Assembly: GCF_006345805.1 (NCBI RefSeq) | Contig: NC_043018.1 | Span: forward strand, 13,578,001 to 13,642,000 | Length of the DNA: 64,000 nt | Direction of reading: 5' to 3' | Source: Octopus sinensis | Taxonomy: Eukaryota | In this document: piece by piece, positions 24,576 through 38,483 of the stretch | Numbering within the stretch: position 1 is the first letter of the stretch | How the letters are laid out: each line of letters begins with the position of its first letter | The notes under the pieces: generated by a model | Databases searched by the model: none | Told to the model about the DNA's origin: nothing | Seen by the model: only the letters and a program-made list of their open reading frames with translations | Position numbers and translations under genes: made by a program

Positions 24576-25151
24576 CGAAAGATTGCCATATATATATATA
24601 TATATATATACGCATACACACACCAACATACACGAGGTGGTCATGATTGGACTGTCCTAGTTGGCCTACTGGTTTCGTATTGACACCCTTTTTTCAGATC
24701 GATTGTCGAGACAGCAAACATTTCTGCCGTCAGCCGTCTGTAAATAGATCGAAGACATTACCTACATACATACATATATAAACAAAGCGAAGAGGGTTTT
24801 TTTTTTCTTTCTTCCCTTCAGTATTTGCCAAAATCAATCTCCTGAGACACAAAAAAAAAGAATTTCAAGGAATTAGATATCGATGACTAAAAAAAGTGTG
24901 TAGTTTTATGTGGTGATTTGATTTGCTTGAAATAGCAGCCAGATTTGCCGCAAGCCACACACTGACGTCTCGGGAAAAATGGGTGGAGACATTGGTGAAT
25001 GTTGTCCTTTGTAGACTTAGCCTGAAGGAAAGAGAAAATCATAGAATGGACATCGGCTGGAACCACCTTACCGTTAATAACGTCTTCAATTGTGTATTAA
25101 TTACTTCTACAACACCACTATCGTCTGCTATATATATATATATACACAACT

Positions 25152-25206
<55 letters not shown>

Positions 25207-26342
25207 TATCTCATCATCATCGTTTAACGTCCGTTCTCCATGCTAGCATGAGTTGGACGGTTCGACCGGGGATCTGGGAAGCCAGAAGGCTGCACCAGGC
25301 TCCAGTCTTATATATTACACACACACACAACAGTATGTATATATTATATATATATATGTGTGTATGTGTGTGGTAAGTAGCTTGCCACATGCTTCCGGGT
25401 TCACTTCCACTGCGTGGCACCTTGGGCAAGTGTCTTCTACTATAGCCTCAGGCCGACCAAAGCGTTGTGAGTGGATTTGGTAGACGTCCTATATATGTGT
25501 GTATATATATATATGTATGTGCGTGTGTATATGTTTGTGTGTCTGTGATTGTCCCCCCCCCCAACATCTGGTGCGTTTACGTCCCCGTAACTTAGCAGTT
25601 CGGCAAAAGAGACCGATAGAATAAGTACTAGACTTACAAAGAATAAGGCCTGGGGTCGATTTACTCGACTAAAGGCAGTGCTCCAGCATGGCCACAGTCA
25701 AATGACTGAAACAAGTAAAAGAGTAATACAACTGTATATATAATATATATATATATATATATGAGACGAAAGATTGCCATATATATATATATATATATAC
25801 ACGCATACACACACCAACATACACGAGGTGGTCATGATTGGACTGTCCTAGTTGGCCTACTGGTTTCGTATTCACACCCTTTTTTCAGATCGATTGTCGA
25901 GACAGCAAACATTTCTGCCGTCAGCCGTCTGTAAATAGATCGAAGACATTACCTACATACATACATATATAAACAAAGCGAAGAGGGTTTTTTTTTTCTT
26001 TCTTCCCTTCAGTATTTGCCAAAATCAATCTCCTGAGACACAAAAAAAAAGAATTTCAAGGAATTAGATATCGATGACTAAAAAAAGTGTGTAGTTTTAT
26101 GTGGTGATTTGATTTGCTTGAAATAGCAGCCAGATTTGCCGCAAGCCACACACTGACGTCTCGGGAAAAATGGGTGGAGACATTGGTGAATGTTGTCCTT
26201 TGTAGACTTAGCCTGAAGGAAAGAGAAAATCATAGAATGGACATCGGCTGGAACCACCTTACCGTTAATAACGTCTTCAATTGTGTATTAATTACTTCTA
26301 CAACACCACTATCGTCTGCTATATATATATATATACACAACT

Positions 26343-26389
<47 letters not shown>

Positions 26390-26941
26390 ATATATACATA
26401 TATATCTCATCATCATCGTTTAACGTCCGTTCTCCATGCTAGCATGAGTTGGACGGTTCGACCGGGGATCTGGGAAGCCAGAAGGCTGCACCAGGCTCCA
26501 GTCTTATATATTACACACACACACAACAGTATGTATATATTATATATATATATGTGTGTATGTGTGTGGTAAGTAGCTTGCCACATGCTTCCGGGTTCAC
26601 TTCCACTGCGTGGCACCTTGGGCAAGTGTCTTCTACTATAGCCTCAGGCCGACCAAAGCGTTGTGAGTGGATTTGGTAGACGTCCTATATATGTGTGTAT
26701 ATATATATATGTATGTGCGTGTGTATATGTTTGTGTGTCTGTGATTGTCCCCCCCCCCCCCAACATCTGGTGCGTTTACGTCCCCGTAACTTAGCAGTTC
26801 GGCAAAAGAGACCGATAGAATAAGTACTAGACTTACAAAGAATAAGGCCTGGGGTCGATTTACTCGACTAAAGGCAGTGCTCCAGCATGGCCACAGTCAA
26901 ATGACTGAAACAAGTAAAAGAGTAATACAACTGTATATATA

Positions 26942-26972
<31 letters not shown>

Positions 26973-27512
26973 ATATACATATATATCTCATCATCATCGT
27001 TTAACGTCCGTTCTCCATGCTAGCATGAGTTGGACGGTTCGACCGGGGATCTGGGAAGCCAGAAGGCTGCACCAGGCTCCAGTCTTATATATTACACACA
27101 CACACAACAGTATGTATATATTATATATATATATATATGTGTGTATGTGTGTGGTAAGTAGCTTGCCACATGCTTCCGGGTTCACTTCCACTGCGTGGCA
27201 CCTTGGGCAAGTGTCTTCTACTATAGCCTCAGGCCGACCAAAGCGTTGTGAGTGGATTGGTAGACGTCCTATATATGTGTGTATATATATATATGTATGT
27301 GCGTGTGTATATGTTTGTGTGTCTGTGATTGTCCCCCCCCCCCAACATCTGGTGCGTTTACGTCCCCGTAACTTAGCAGTTCGGCAAAAGAGACCGATAG
27401 AATAAGTACTAGACTTACAAAGAATAAGGCCTGGGGTCGATTTACTCGACTAAAGGCAGTGCTCCAGCATGGCCACAGTCAAATGACTGAAACAAGTAAA
27501 AGAGTAATACAA

Positions 27513-27515
<3 letters not shown>
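24540..27515 (+). repeat. Near-identical tandem duplication (~1.19 kb x2 plus a third ~0.58 kb sub-unit)
   Basis: GAGACGAAAGATTGCC at 24572 and 25762; TCTCATCATCATCGTTTAACG near 25209, 26405 and 26986; junctions lie in (TA)n tracts. Confidence 0.95.
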
Positions 27516-27547
<32 letters not shown>

Positions 27548-27959
27548 AATGTGTCTATATATGTATATCATCATCGTTGTCGTTTAACGTCCGCTTTCCA
27601 TGCTGGCATGGGTTGGACGGATTGACTGAAAACTGGTAAACCTGGAGGCTGCACCAGGCTCCCGTCTGATTTGGCAATGTTTCTACACCTAGATGCCCTT
27701 CCTAACGCCAACCACTCTGAGAGTGTAATGGGTGCTTTTATGTGCCACTGGTATGGGAGCCAGTCAGGCTGCACTGGCATCGGTTATGCTCGAATGGTGC
27801 ATTTTACGTGCCACTGGCACAGGTGCCAGCCAGGCAGCAGTGGCATCGATGGGGCTTTTTAAATGCCAGCCAGGTGGCACTGTCATCGTCTATGGTTTCA
27901 TTCGGTTCAGCAGGTCTTCACAGCATATTGTCCAACATTTTTTTTTAACTGGACACTGG

Positions 27960-28370
27960 CATTGGCCACAATTATGATCTCGCCTTGCCGGGTCTTCTCA
28001 AGCATGGCAAATATCTCCAAAGTTCTTGGTTGTGTGTCATTGCCTCTGTAAAGCCCAACCTTTGAAGGTCGTGCTTCACCACCACATCCCATGTCTTCCA
28101 CAGGTTCCTCCATTGTTAGGGTGTGACACATCTTCACACACTGTCCTCATCCATACGCATCACATGGCCATACCAGCACTGTTGTCTCTGCACACCACAT
28201 CTGATGCTTCTTATGTTCAACTTTCATCTACTAACATTACACATCCAGCAGATCATGCTAGCTTCATTTCTTTCAAGACTACACGTCCTCAGCAGTCACA
28301 ACCCATGTTTCACTGCCGTGTAGCATGGCTGTTTGCCTCCCCCCACCGACTTTGTTTCCTCATACCCTCC
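27960..28370 (-). mobile_element. RTE LINE C-terminal fragment
   Basis: Degenerate WYGHVMRMDEDS.VK.CHTL..E motif. Confidence 0.7.
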
Positions 28371-29862
28371 AGAAAAATGGATATTTTTAATGAAATTTCC
28401 TACAAATACCCTTCAGATGGTGTAGATTCCAATTATATCGGAATTTGTTGTGAAAAAATTTTTCCATGGGTGGGGGAGAGGAGTTTTGGAAAATTCACGC
28501 GAGTTGACTTTGTTTCCTCATGACTTTGAGAAAAATGGGTTTTTTAGATGAAATTTTCTACAGATCTCTTTCAGAATGTATAGATTGTAATTATATTGGA
28601 ATTAAAAAGAGAAAAAAAAAAACAAAAAGACTGGTGGGCTCACATACTTGTGATGTGTCAACACATCACATATATGATAGAGGAAATTTCGAAAAAGCTT
28701 GTGTGTGTCAGTCTGCATGTGTGCATGCTCACTATTTTTCTTTTCATATCTAATTCCGATATAACAGTACAAGAAAGACTGCATTTGATGTTAATATTAC
28801 TATCATCAACTTTTCAGGAAAAATACTCATGCATTGTCTTCTCCTTTTCTTTCTTCTTTTTTCGGTATGCTGAGCATTTCACATCCAGGTCTCCTTTGAG
28901 GTAGGTTGCTTATGCCTTTATTTTTGCTACTGTTGTTCATAACAGGTGCCGTCTGAAAGATACCGTACACCATTTCCTTGGCTCCCTGCTGCACTGGTCT
29001 CAAGCCTCTGCCTGCTTCGGTAGAACCTTTTGATATCACTGTTTTTGTGGGAATTTCCACTTGATGTCAGGATCATGCAGATTTTAATGTCTATGGAGTG
29101 GATTTCCTCTACAGACTAGTCAAGTATAAGGTGTCGAGCTGGCAGAAACGTTAGCACACCAGGCGAAATGCTTAGCGGTATTTTGTCTGTCTTTATGTTC
29201 TGAGTTCAAATTCTGCCGAGGTTGACTTTGCCTTTCATCCTTTCGGGGTCAATAAATTAAGTACCACTCACACACTGAGGTCGATGTAATCGACTTAATC
29301 CCTTTATCTGTCCTTGTTTGTCCCCTCTGTGTTTAGCCCCTTGTGGGCTATAAAGAAATAAGACCAGTCAAGTATCCCAAACGTTGGTACCAACACTGGT
29401 ACTGCAAATGCAAAAACTGTTGCTCCTACTGTCATACGGTACATATGTGCATTTATGTTTGTACCCCACTGCTTGACAACTGGTGTTTGTTTGTTTACAT
29501 CCCAGTAACTTAGAGCTTTGACAAAAGAGGCCACTAGAACAAGCACCAGACTTCAAAAATATGTATAGGAGCGATTTGCTCAACAAAACCATTCAAGTCT
29601 GTACCCCAGAATGGTTATAATCTGATAACCGAAACAACTAAAAACTAAACGATGAAAAATAATGAAACTACATTATCAAAATCCATGGAATGATGGAAAT
29701 GATAACTTGCATTCCTGTTCTTAATTACATTCCAGTTGATTTGAACATGAATATGCTTATCACTGTTGTGTTTTGTCGCAGGAAAATAGTTCCTCCTTTA
29801 TGACAAATACGTGTTCACAACATACTCAGTTCATTAGCACAAGGGATTCTGGGACACCCACT

Positions 29863-30177
29863 GTTTTGACATTGTTGTCTCATTGTTTGTTCCTTCTCGA
29901 GCCATGCCTGGCTCATAAGGGCTGGTTTCCTGGTTTCCTTGGCGTATAGGCTCCCCACCTGGATGGGACGCCGGTCCGGCGCAGGTGAGCTGCAAGATGC
30001 AGGAGGAAAGAGTGAGAGAAAGTTGTGGCGAAAGAGTCAGCAGAAGCTCGCCATCACCTTCTGCCGGAGCCGCATGGAGCTTAGGTATTTCGCTCATAAA
30101 CACACACATCATGCGGTCTGAGATTTGAACCCGCGATCCCTTGACTGCGAGTCCGCTACTCTAACCACTAGGCCATA
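29863..30177 (-). mobile_element. tRNA-derived SINE family D; isolated related head at 12671-12742(+)
   Basis: TGGCCTAGTGGTTAG A box and GGTTCAAATC B box followed by a non-tRNA body. Confidence 0.65.
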
Positions 30178-30584
30178 TGTCTGCACTGTTGTCTCATTAG
30201 CCAGAAGCACCTCCAGACCAATGATACTCTTGTTTAAACTTCAGTGAACAGTCTGGTTGTTGATCTGTGCCAATATTTGCCCCAACTGATAATAAATCCT
30301 CATCATGCATGATGGACAGTGTTCTATGTGCCTCTGTTTCAAGTTCACATCACAGAGGATTGAACCCTTCTCCATAAATCCATCATTCTGAAATTCTAGT
30401 AACATAGTGGGATTTCTTTAACAGTCCAATTCCTTCCTCTACCAACAATCACCAGAAGCCAATAATAATTATCTTAAAGCTTGAGTGTTTAAACAGCTTC
30501 TACTGTTTCATGTATGAATATGATTTTCAATTTGTTTTTATAAGGTATACTGAATGAATTTCTTTCAAGCAGAGCACAGAAACC

Positions 30585-30649
30585 ATGAAGATTTTGGAGA
30601 GCTTTGGCGCAGAAGTACTTTTCCGGATTCTTTTCTTCCTATTGTATTT
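30585..30649 (+). CDS. PLPP5: PLPP4/5-like phospholipid phosphatase, coding exon 1 (MKILESFGAEVLFRILFFLLY)
   Basis: FGAE..R..LF resembles the PLPP5 N-terminus; Kozak aaccATG; donor TT|GTAAGT, phase 2. Confidence 0.85.
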
Positions 30650-33600
30650 GTAAGTGGATAAATACTCAGTATTGTTTTTCTTCTCTCGTATGCATGCTAG
30701 CATGTGTGCCCACAGCCACTCTCACACTACCATCGTCATCACCATTGCCATCATCATTATCATATGTTTCTTTTTTTGCCATACTGGCAGGAATAGGATG
30801 TGCCTCATCAATTTCCCCCTCACCTTTGATACAGACAGCAACTGAGAAAACCTGCCAAATTTGGTTCTGTTTGTCTTACAGTGTTGAGACTGCATGCACT
30901 TTATTATATCTTCAGCACTACAAAGAGGGCTGCAGCACGATTAAAGAGCGGAGAGCTGGCAGAAACGTTAGCATGCCGGGCGAAATGCGTAGTTGTATTT
31001 CGTCTGCCGTTACGTTCTGAGTTCAAATTCCGCTGAGGTCGACTTTGCCTTTCATCCTTTCGGGGTCGATAAATAAAGTACCAGTTTCGCAGTGGGATCG
31101 ATATAATCGGCTTAATCCCTTTGTCTGTCCTTCTTTGTCCACTCTATGTTTTGCCCCCTTGTGGGCAATAAAGAAATACAAAGAGTCCCCTTTACTGTGT
31201 GCCGTCGTCATTTCTTTTGGTTTCTGTTCTCTTAGAAGCTCCCTGTTTAGTAAGAAGCTTGCTTCCCAACCACGTGGTTCCAGGTTCAGTCTCACTGTGT
31301 GGCACCTTGGCAAGTGACTTCTACTATAGCCTCAGGCCGACCAAAGCCTTGTGAGTGGATTTGGTAGAGGGAAACGGAAAGAAGCCCATCGTACATACAT
31401 ATATGTATTTGTGTGTCTGTGTTTGTCCCTCCTCCATCACTTGACAACCGAAGTTGGTGTGTTTACATCCATATAACTTAGCGGTTTGGCAAAAGTCTCT
31501 GATAAAATAAGTATCAGGCTTACAGAGAATAAGTCCTGGGGGTGATTTGTTTGACTAAAGAATGAAAGAATATGCCCATGTCATATCAGTGCCAATAAAT
31601 CTTGTTCTTGTGTTCGTTTTTCTCTGCTGGTATGGGTTGGCTGGGTTTGCAGCACACAATCTCATCTAATTATCTTGCTCCTGCACCATCGTATCAGTGA
31701 CACTCAACATCTTCAGCTCTAATTTTACCACTTTTTTTTCATTATCACAATCTTCCTCTGCCGTGGCTGTTCTCCTCTCTCAACCCGTAGCAATTTCTCA
31801 TCCAACACTCATCATTTCTTCCCATCATGTCTTTAGACCAGTTCAGCATCACTTGTGCTATGTATACTTTAGTCTTACAACTCACATATTTACTACCTAA
31901 ACAGTCTCTCAACTCCTTTCTGTTTGGTTTTTTTCAATATGGCACATTGAATGTATAACACTTGCCTCATCTTAATATTACTAAAACTTTAGAAGATGTT
32001 TGTTTGTTCCTGAAATATCTCAGAAACAGTTTATTTTATCTTAATTTTTTTTTTACATATTTATTTTCATGCTTACTTTATGCACTGCAGTACAAGGTTT
32101 TGTGATATTTGGACCTCTGTTTATTAAAGAAAACGATTAAACACAATTTTTGCATGTTATTTCTTGGCGAAAAAAAAACATGGCTTCCCTGATGTCAACA
32201 CACATACAGAATGCACACACATATATAATGAATGTCATGGCTTGTGATTCAACACAAACATATGTATACTATCTGTGACATATTCACACACATAGTCATC
32301 ACGCTCACTCTCTATCACTCTCTAAGGAAAAAAAAATGTTGACTTTCACCCCTTCCTTTCTCATTCATTTGTTGTGACGGAGAAAAACAAAAGAGAAAGA
32401 TTGTTTCTATTTTCTCTAGTTAAACACAGCACGAAATTTTGTCAGTGAACAGGTCACGGTTTCAAAGTGACAAAAATATTTTGACACTAATCAAATTTAA
32501 ATGTTGAAGTGAAACTAACGGTTTTTGTGCATTCTTAAAATGGCTTACAAACATCTTCCACACTGCAATTGTTTTTGTTTCAGCACACGATCTCAGATCA
32601 AGTCACTTGCTATGCTAGTACATCTTCGTAATATTTTAACCATTTAGAAATATTTTTAAGTGAATTTGATTACAAAAATGTAAGTTGTTTTTGTACAGTA
32701 AGTATTTATATTTTAGCTTTATTTGAGCAGACAATATTTTAATGTTTTATTTTCAAGTGAATACCATTACAAACATTTTTTGGCATATTTAAAAAATATT
32801 TTCAAGTGAAAATGGCTAAAAATATGGTGAATATTTCATAAAAGACCCGTTCATAACCGTAACAATTGTTTGTGATAAAGGACCTGAAATACTTGTTACC
32901 TGGTAGTTGGGCTTGCAAGAAATAGCAGCCAAATTTTACCTTTTGGAGGAAAGGAGCTGTTTACGCGTGATTTCTATGTCACATCCAAGGAAAGCATGCG
33001 AAATAACCTTGAAACGAAAATATGAATTCGCCCATAAAACAAAACCCCATTGCTGGGAAACTCGGAGTTTGCTTGTGATCCGACTGGTCACGGCTAGTCT
33101 GCTTTCTAATCCCTGTCAAATCTGTTTAGCATTCATATTTCACTCTTATACATAATTTCCTTGCTTATGTATGATTTTAGATATTAAACAGGGGGCGTAA
33201 CTCTCTGTTGCTGACCTGTAACAGTTCCATAAATTTCCTTCAATTCTTTTCTTAAACCCCATCTACAATTGTTACCTCCACAATCACTTCCAGAAAACAT
33301 TCAACTATATCTGATGATCATATATGAGTATCTCTACTTTTGATTACATTAATCAATCATCATCATCATTGTTTAACGTCCGTTCTCCATGCTAGCATGG
33401 GTTGGACGGTTCGACTGGGGATCTGGGAAGCCCGGAGGCTGCACCAGTCTCCAATCTGATCTGGCAGTGTTTCTACAACTGGATGCCCTTCCTAACGCCA
33501 ACCACTCCGTGAGTGTAGTGGGTGCTTTTTACGTGCCACCTGCACAGGTGCCAGGCGAGGCTGGCAACGGCCACGGTCGGATTGGTGTATTTTACGAGCC

Positions 33601-33795
33601 ACCGGCACGGAAGCCAGTCGAGGCGGCGCTGGCATCGGCCTAATCACTAATATTATAATTATTTTGTCAAGTACTTACCATGTAAAGAACTGAAAATAAA
33701 TTCAAAGAGAAGGTAAAATCACAAAACATGCTTAATTTATTTTGTTATTTGTTAATTCTACTGTAATCTTTTTTTGTTTTGTTTTGCTATTGTAG

Positions 33796-33901
33796 ATACA
33801 CAGATAATCTAAAGCCATTTGAAAGACATATTCAACCTGAAGAATTATGGTTGTATAAGAATCCTGAAACTCCCAGTTATATACCGGTTAAATTTTTGTG
33901 G
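33796..33901 (+). CDS. PLPP5: PLPP exon 2 (YTDNLKPFERHIQPEELWLYKNP...)
   Basis: PFQR.IQPEE.WLY.NP signature of PLPP4/5. Confidence 0.95.
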
Positions 33902-34212
33902 GTTAGTTTTCAAATCTCCTCCTTTTTTTACAGAATCACACCTTTTGAGATTAGAGACATCGCATATATTTTTGATTTTTCCTTCCTACTTATATTTATT
34001 TATACATGCGTTTAGTGTGTAGCATTTTATTTTTAAGGAACTAAATGTGAACACATCATAGAAATAGTTTCCTATTTAAAGTACTTATAACATGTGAGTT
34101 AATGCAGGAGACTCTATGAGACCATTTGAATTGCTAGAAATAGCAGGCAAATGATACTACTTAGAGTCTTCACAAAAATGAAAGAGCACATTAAATAATA
34201 TAGTCTTAGATA

Positions 34213-35600
34213 ATCATCATCATCATCATCATTTTTGATCATTTAGTGACTCAGCTATTAGAGCAAGGTCATCAGCATAGAGAAGCTTCCGGGGGCATCC
34301 TGTCTTGAATTTCTCTGTTATTGCCTGAAGGACTGTGATGAATAAGCGGGGGCTGAGGACTGATCCTTGGTAGACCCCTACTCCTACTTGGAATTCTTCA
34401 TTATACTCGTTGCCAACCCTCACCTTACTGACAACATCCCTGTACATGGCTTGTACAGCTCTCACTAACCATTCATCTATCCCTAGTTTCCTTATTAACT
34501 ACCAGATAAGGGATCTGGTGACCCTGCCAAAGGCTTTCTCCATGTCAGCGAAAGCCAGGTACAGAGGTTTATCTTTGGCTAGGTATTTCTCCTGCAGCTG
34601 TCTTCCCAGGAATATAGCATCAGTGGTGCTTTTCCTTGGCACAAATCCAAACTGCATCTCATCTAGACTGATTCTCTCCCTAATTAGTTGGACTATGACC
34701 CTCTCCATGACTTTCATTACCTGATCCAACAGCTTGATACCTCTGTAATTATTTGTATCTAAGGCGTCACCTTTACCTTTGTAGCAGTTGACTACAGTGC
34801 TGCTACACCAGTCATTGGGTATGACTATGTGTCTGCCAGATCGGTAGGGGAATAGGAGACTGGCAGGTTCCGGAAGTTCGTATTACAAATCATAAGATCA
34901 TTTGCATTGCAGAACTCCAGCAGCCTGGTTCCCTCCTCATTGCGGAAACCAAAACCGTAGCCTCCATGTATGCCATGGAAGCCCCCTGCATGTTGTCCAA
35001 CATGCCCATTGAAGTCACCAGCCTCAAAGAGAAGGTCCCTGTCATTTGTCGACAAGGTAGTCTGCAAGAGGGTGTCATAAAATCGATCTTTCCATCCATC
35101 AGGTAGCCCTAGCTGAGGAGAATAAGCCGAGATAATGGTTGCTAACCCATGACGAAGCACTAATCTAATCGTAAGTATTCTATCGCAGACTCTGACTACC
35201 TCGATTGCTTTATCAACCCATTTCTGCGCAAGAAGTATACCCACGCCCCTGACCCCGTCAGTGTTCCCTGCCCAGAAAATCTTATACCTGTGTTGTTTGC
35301 CTGTGAGGAACATAGCAGACCTTCCTCTCCACCTTACTTCTTGGATGCCACACAAATCTACATGTCTCCGTTCAAGCATCTCAACAATTTCACCAGGCCT
35401 ACCTTTCAGTGTGCCCACATTGAGTGTGCCAACCCTCAGGAAGTGGGCAGTGTGGGCCCGTGAGACCCTAGGATGGGGGACAGCAGTGTCATGTACCTGA
35501 AAAGAAAGCTCACATTTGGCAGAACTCATGTACATACAATAGTCTTGAGCCTGCATACACTACACCATCATTTTTATGCGCTACATGATCACTACCTTAC
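34213..35600 (-). mobile_element. RTE-clade LINE, internally deleted (APE endonuclease and RT fragments)
   Basis: LRVGTLNVGTLKG...IQEVRW...GDFNGHVG (APE); QFGFVP..STTDAIF, QGSVLSP, LYADDLAL (RT); frameshifts. Confidence 0.92.
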
Positions 35601-35999
35601 ATAGGAGATAAACCCTAAGTAAGGGTGGGGATGGCATTAAGCCTTTAGAAGTGGTCATGGGAGACATCCGATAGAAGTCAGAGTAGTTATTCTATTTTTC
35701 TTTTATCATTGATGTTGGCATTTGGAAGAACCTGAGCATCACAGCTCCCATCACTCTCATCACCACCACCCAAGCCTTCTGTTTAATGTGTACCTCAACA
35801 AATCATTGGAATACCGCTGTATATAAATATCCCTGGAAACTCTGATATCATAATGAGCAATATTTCAACCTAGCTGTCATATTTGAGCCAAAGAAGCATC
35901 TTTGTGGATGCTAAATCCACCTAAAATAACTTCCGTATCACATGAAATCACATGTTGCTATCTAATCTAAACTGGGGCTAAACACCCAACTAGATGATA

Positions 36000-36190
36000 T
36001 GAGGGGGCTAATGAAAAGTTCCTGGATTTAAGGGCATTGCAAAAGGCCTGGTTACAGGGCTTAGAAAAACTGAAGGACCCTTGCAATAAGTGTGAATCTG
36101 AGAGGGGAATATGTTGAATAAAATCATAATTAACTGATCCTCTTGTAGTTTCTTTTGCCCAAAGCCAGGAACTTTACGGAACCCCCTCAT
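36000..36190. mobile_element. mariner-derived MITE
   Basis: Imperfect TIR GAGGGGG..AAAGTTCCTGG and a GEYVE* C-terminal remnant. Confidence 0.65.
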
Positions 36191-36263
36191 TTATTAAAAC
36201 AAAAAGTAAGAATTAAGAATTCTTTGCTCAGCTCAACATTTATATAATTTTTGTATTTTACAG

Positions 36264-36351
36264 GTCATTGTAACTATTTTACCTTTGGTTTCAATTGTGT
36301 CTGCTTACATCAGGAACAGAAACAAAACAGATGTGACGTGTGCTGTTCTGG
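36264..36351 (+). CDS. PLPP5: PLPP exon 3 (VIVTILPLVSIVSAYIRNRNKTDVTCAVL)
   Basis: Transmembrane segment; tttacag| and |GTAAG; phases 0/1 fit. Confidence 0.9.
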
Positions 36352-37170
36352 GTAAGAGTTGTTTGATAATCATCATCATCATCATCGTTTAGTGTCTGCT
36401 TTCCATGCTAGCATGGGTTAGATGGTTCGACCGGGGATCTGGGAAGCCAGAAGGCTGCACCATGCTCCAGTCTGATCTGGCAATGTTTCTACAGCTGGAT
36501 GCCCTTCCTAACGCCAACCACTCCATGAGTGTAGTGGGTGCTTTTTACTTGCCAGACGAGTCTGGCAAACGGCCACAATCGGATGGTGCTTTTTATGTGC
36601 CACCGGCACAAGGGCGAGGCAAGACTGGCAACGGCCACGAACAGATGGTGCTTTTTATGTGCCACGGGCACAAGGGCCAGGCGAGGCTGGCAACGGCCAC
36701 GAACGGATGGTGCTTTTTATGTGCCACTGGCACAAGGGCCAGGCGAGGCTGGCAACGGCCACGAACGGATGGTGCTTTTTATGTGCCACCGTAGATAATT
36801 TTGATTTCCTTTTTACAACATTTCTCTTCCATTCCGTTCTATGATTTCTATTCACATTCATATTATTGTCTGAAAGTATTCATTTATAGATGGTGTTTTG
36901 ACCAAAGCATTAGTGTTAGACTAAAATGCCTTGTAATATTTATGGTCTGAATTCAAATCCTGTCAGAGTTATGAAAAAATAGTACCAGTCAAGTACTGAA
37001 TCTGATTTGATCAACTATCACCATCCCCAGAATTTAAGGTCTTCTGCTTAAGTTAATATAAATATTTATTGTTTTGGACAAATACCTTGTGGTAATTACA
37101 TTTTTTTTTACATTCTAAGTTCAAATCCCACAAGTTTATCTTTATCTGTTCAGGTGTTGATAAAACGAAG

Positions 37171-37696
37171 TACCAAAAATCTTCGAGTATTGTCTGCCCT
37201 TGAGTATAATACGCAGGGGATTTTTAGGGGGCTGTCCCTCTGGAAAACCTAAACCTTGTGTATAATACGCACCCCTTCTCTAACTTGAGTTGTGCGTAAT
37301 TAAGCCAGCAGCACCTAGTCGAACAAACACTTCTGCGCATGCGTAATACAATAATGGTGATGTTCTTAACTGTTATATGGGAATGTAAATATGTTTGCAA
37401 ATTGTTTTTTTTACATGTTATTCTGTGTTCTGAATACTTTTATTTTAATAAATGTTGCTTACTGCAAGTTATGGATGATTCTTTTATGACTTCATTGCTT
37501 TCAGGCTTAGCTGAAGGTATTTTCAGGCCCGACATCACAAAATGCGTCTGAATAAACATTGCCGGACAGCAAATAGAGACTCGGGCATTGCTTAGAAAAT
37601 AATTTTCATTTTTAACCTCATATATAGTACGCACCAGGGATTTTGACCGTTAAATTTTGTGAAAAAAATGCGGATTATACTCGAGGATTTACGGTA
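37171..37696. mobile_element. pogo/Tigger-like MITE (another right end at about 60280-60315)
   Basis: TACC..AAATC.TCGAGTAT / ATACTCGAGGATTTACGGTA terminal repeats. Confidence 0.65.
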
Positions 37697-37814
37697 CCTC
37701 TCAAGTACTGGGTCTGTTTAATTGACTGTTACCCAGTGACCAAATCTGTGGCCTTGTATACCAGAAATTACAATTTATGTCATGAATTTACCTTTATGTA
37801 TTTTTATCTTTCAG

Positions 37815-37878
37815 GTGTGACTCTATCTATATTCTTTACTGCTTCTCTTACAAATGTGATAAAAATCATTTTTGGACG
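37815..37878 (+). CDS. PLPP5: PLPP exon 4 (GVTLSIFFTASLTNVIKIIFGR)
   Basis: TN.IK...GR, start of PAP2 motif C1. Confidence 0.94.
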
Positions 37879-38483
37879 GTAAGTAGATCTTTCTCGCTAT
37901 ATATGTGTAAATGCACGTATATAGGTGTGTTGGGGGTGTGCATGTACATGAAGGTGTCTGTGTGGTTGAGGGTTGCATATATGTGTATGTGTGTGTGATT
38001 GCATATTATGTGTGTGTGTGTGTAATAACTTTGCACACACAAAAGGCACCCAACCTTTCCTTTGCTTGTATCTGCCATTTGAAGCCATGTCCAGTAATTT
38101 ACTTGTTTGCTCTTGTCATCCACTTTTAATTGCTGTAAAATGATATGGCTTCGACTTTAGATATTCCTGCACCTGACCTCCCGCTTATGAGAGGCTGTTG
38201 ACTTCTTTGGGCTTTGAGTAATCCCTTGACAAATATCTTGAATAACGTCCAGCATTCAAACTGTAGGGTCTCTTTGTTTTGGGGTGTTGTGTACTCACCC
38301 TGTAGTGTGCCACTTCTTAACCAACATTTGTATCATTGCCAGTAAACTTTTACTTGGAAACTTCAAAAATTTCTTGTGTTTGTTTAACAGGACCTGTTCT
38401 CACATAGGCTTCCACACTGTCCATTCTTTCTGCTATTGACTCTGTCATTTTGCAGAAAAAGCTAAAGATGTTCACACATTGTA

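Noticed and set aside
37333-37343. NRF1-like TGCGCATGCG as a promoter
   Set aside because: It lies inside a pogo-like MITE in a PLPP intron, with no other promoter motifs.
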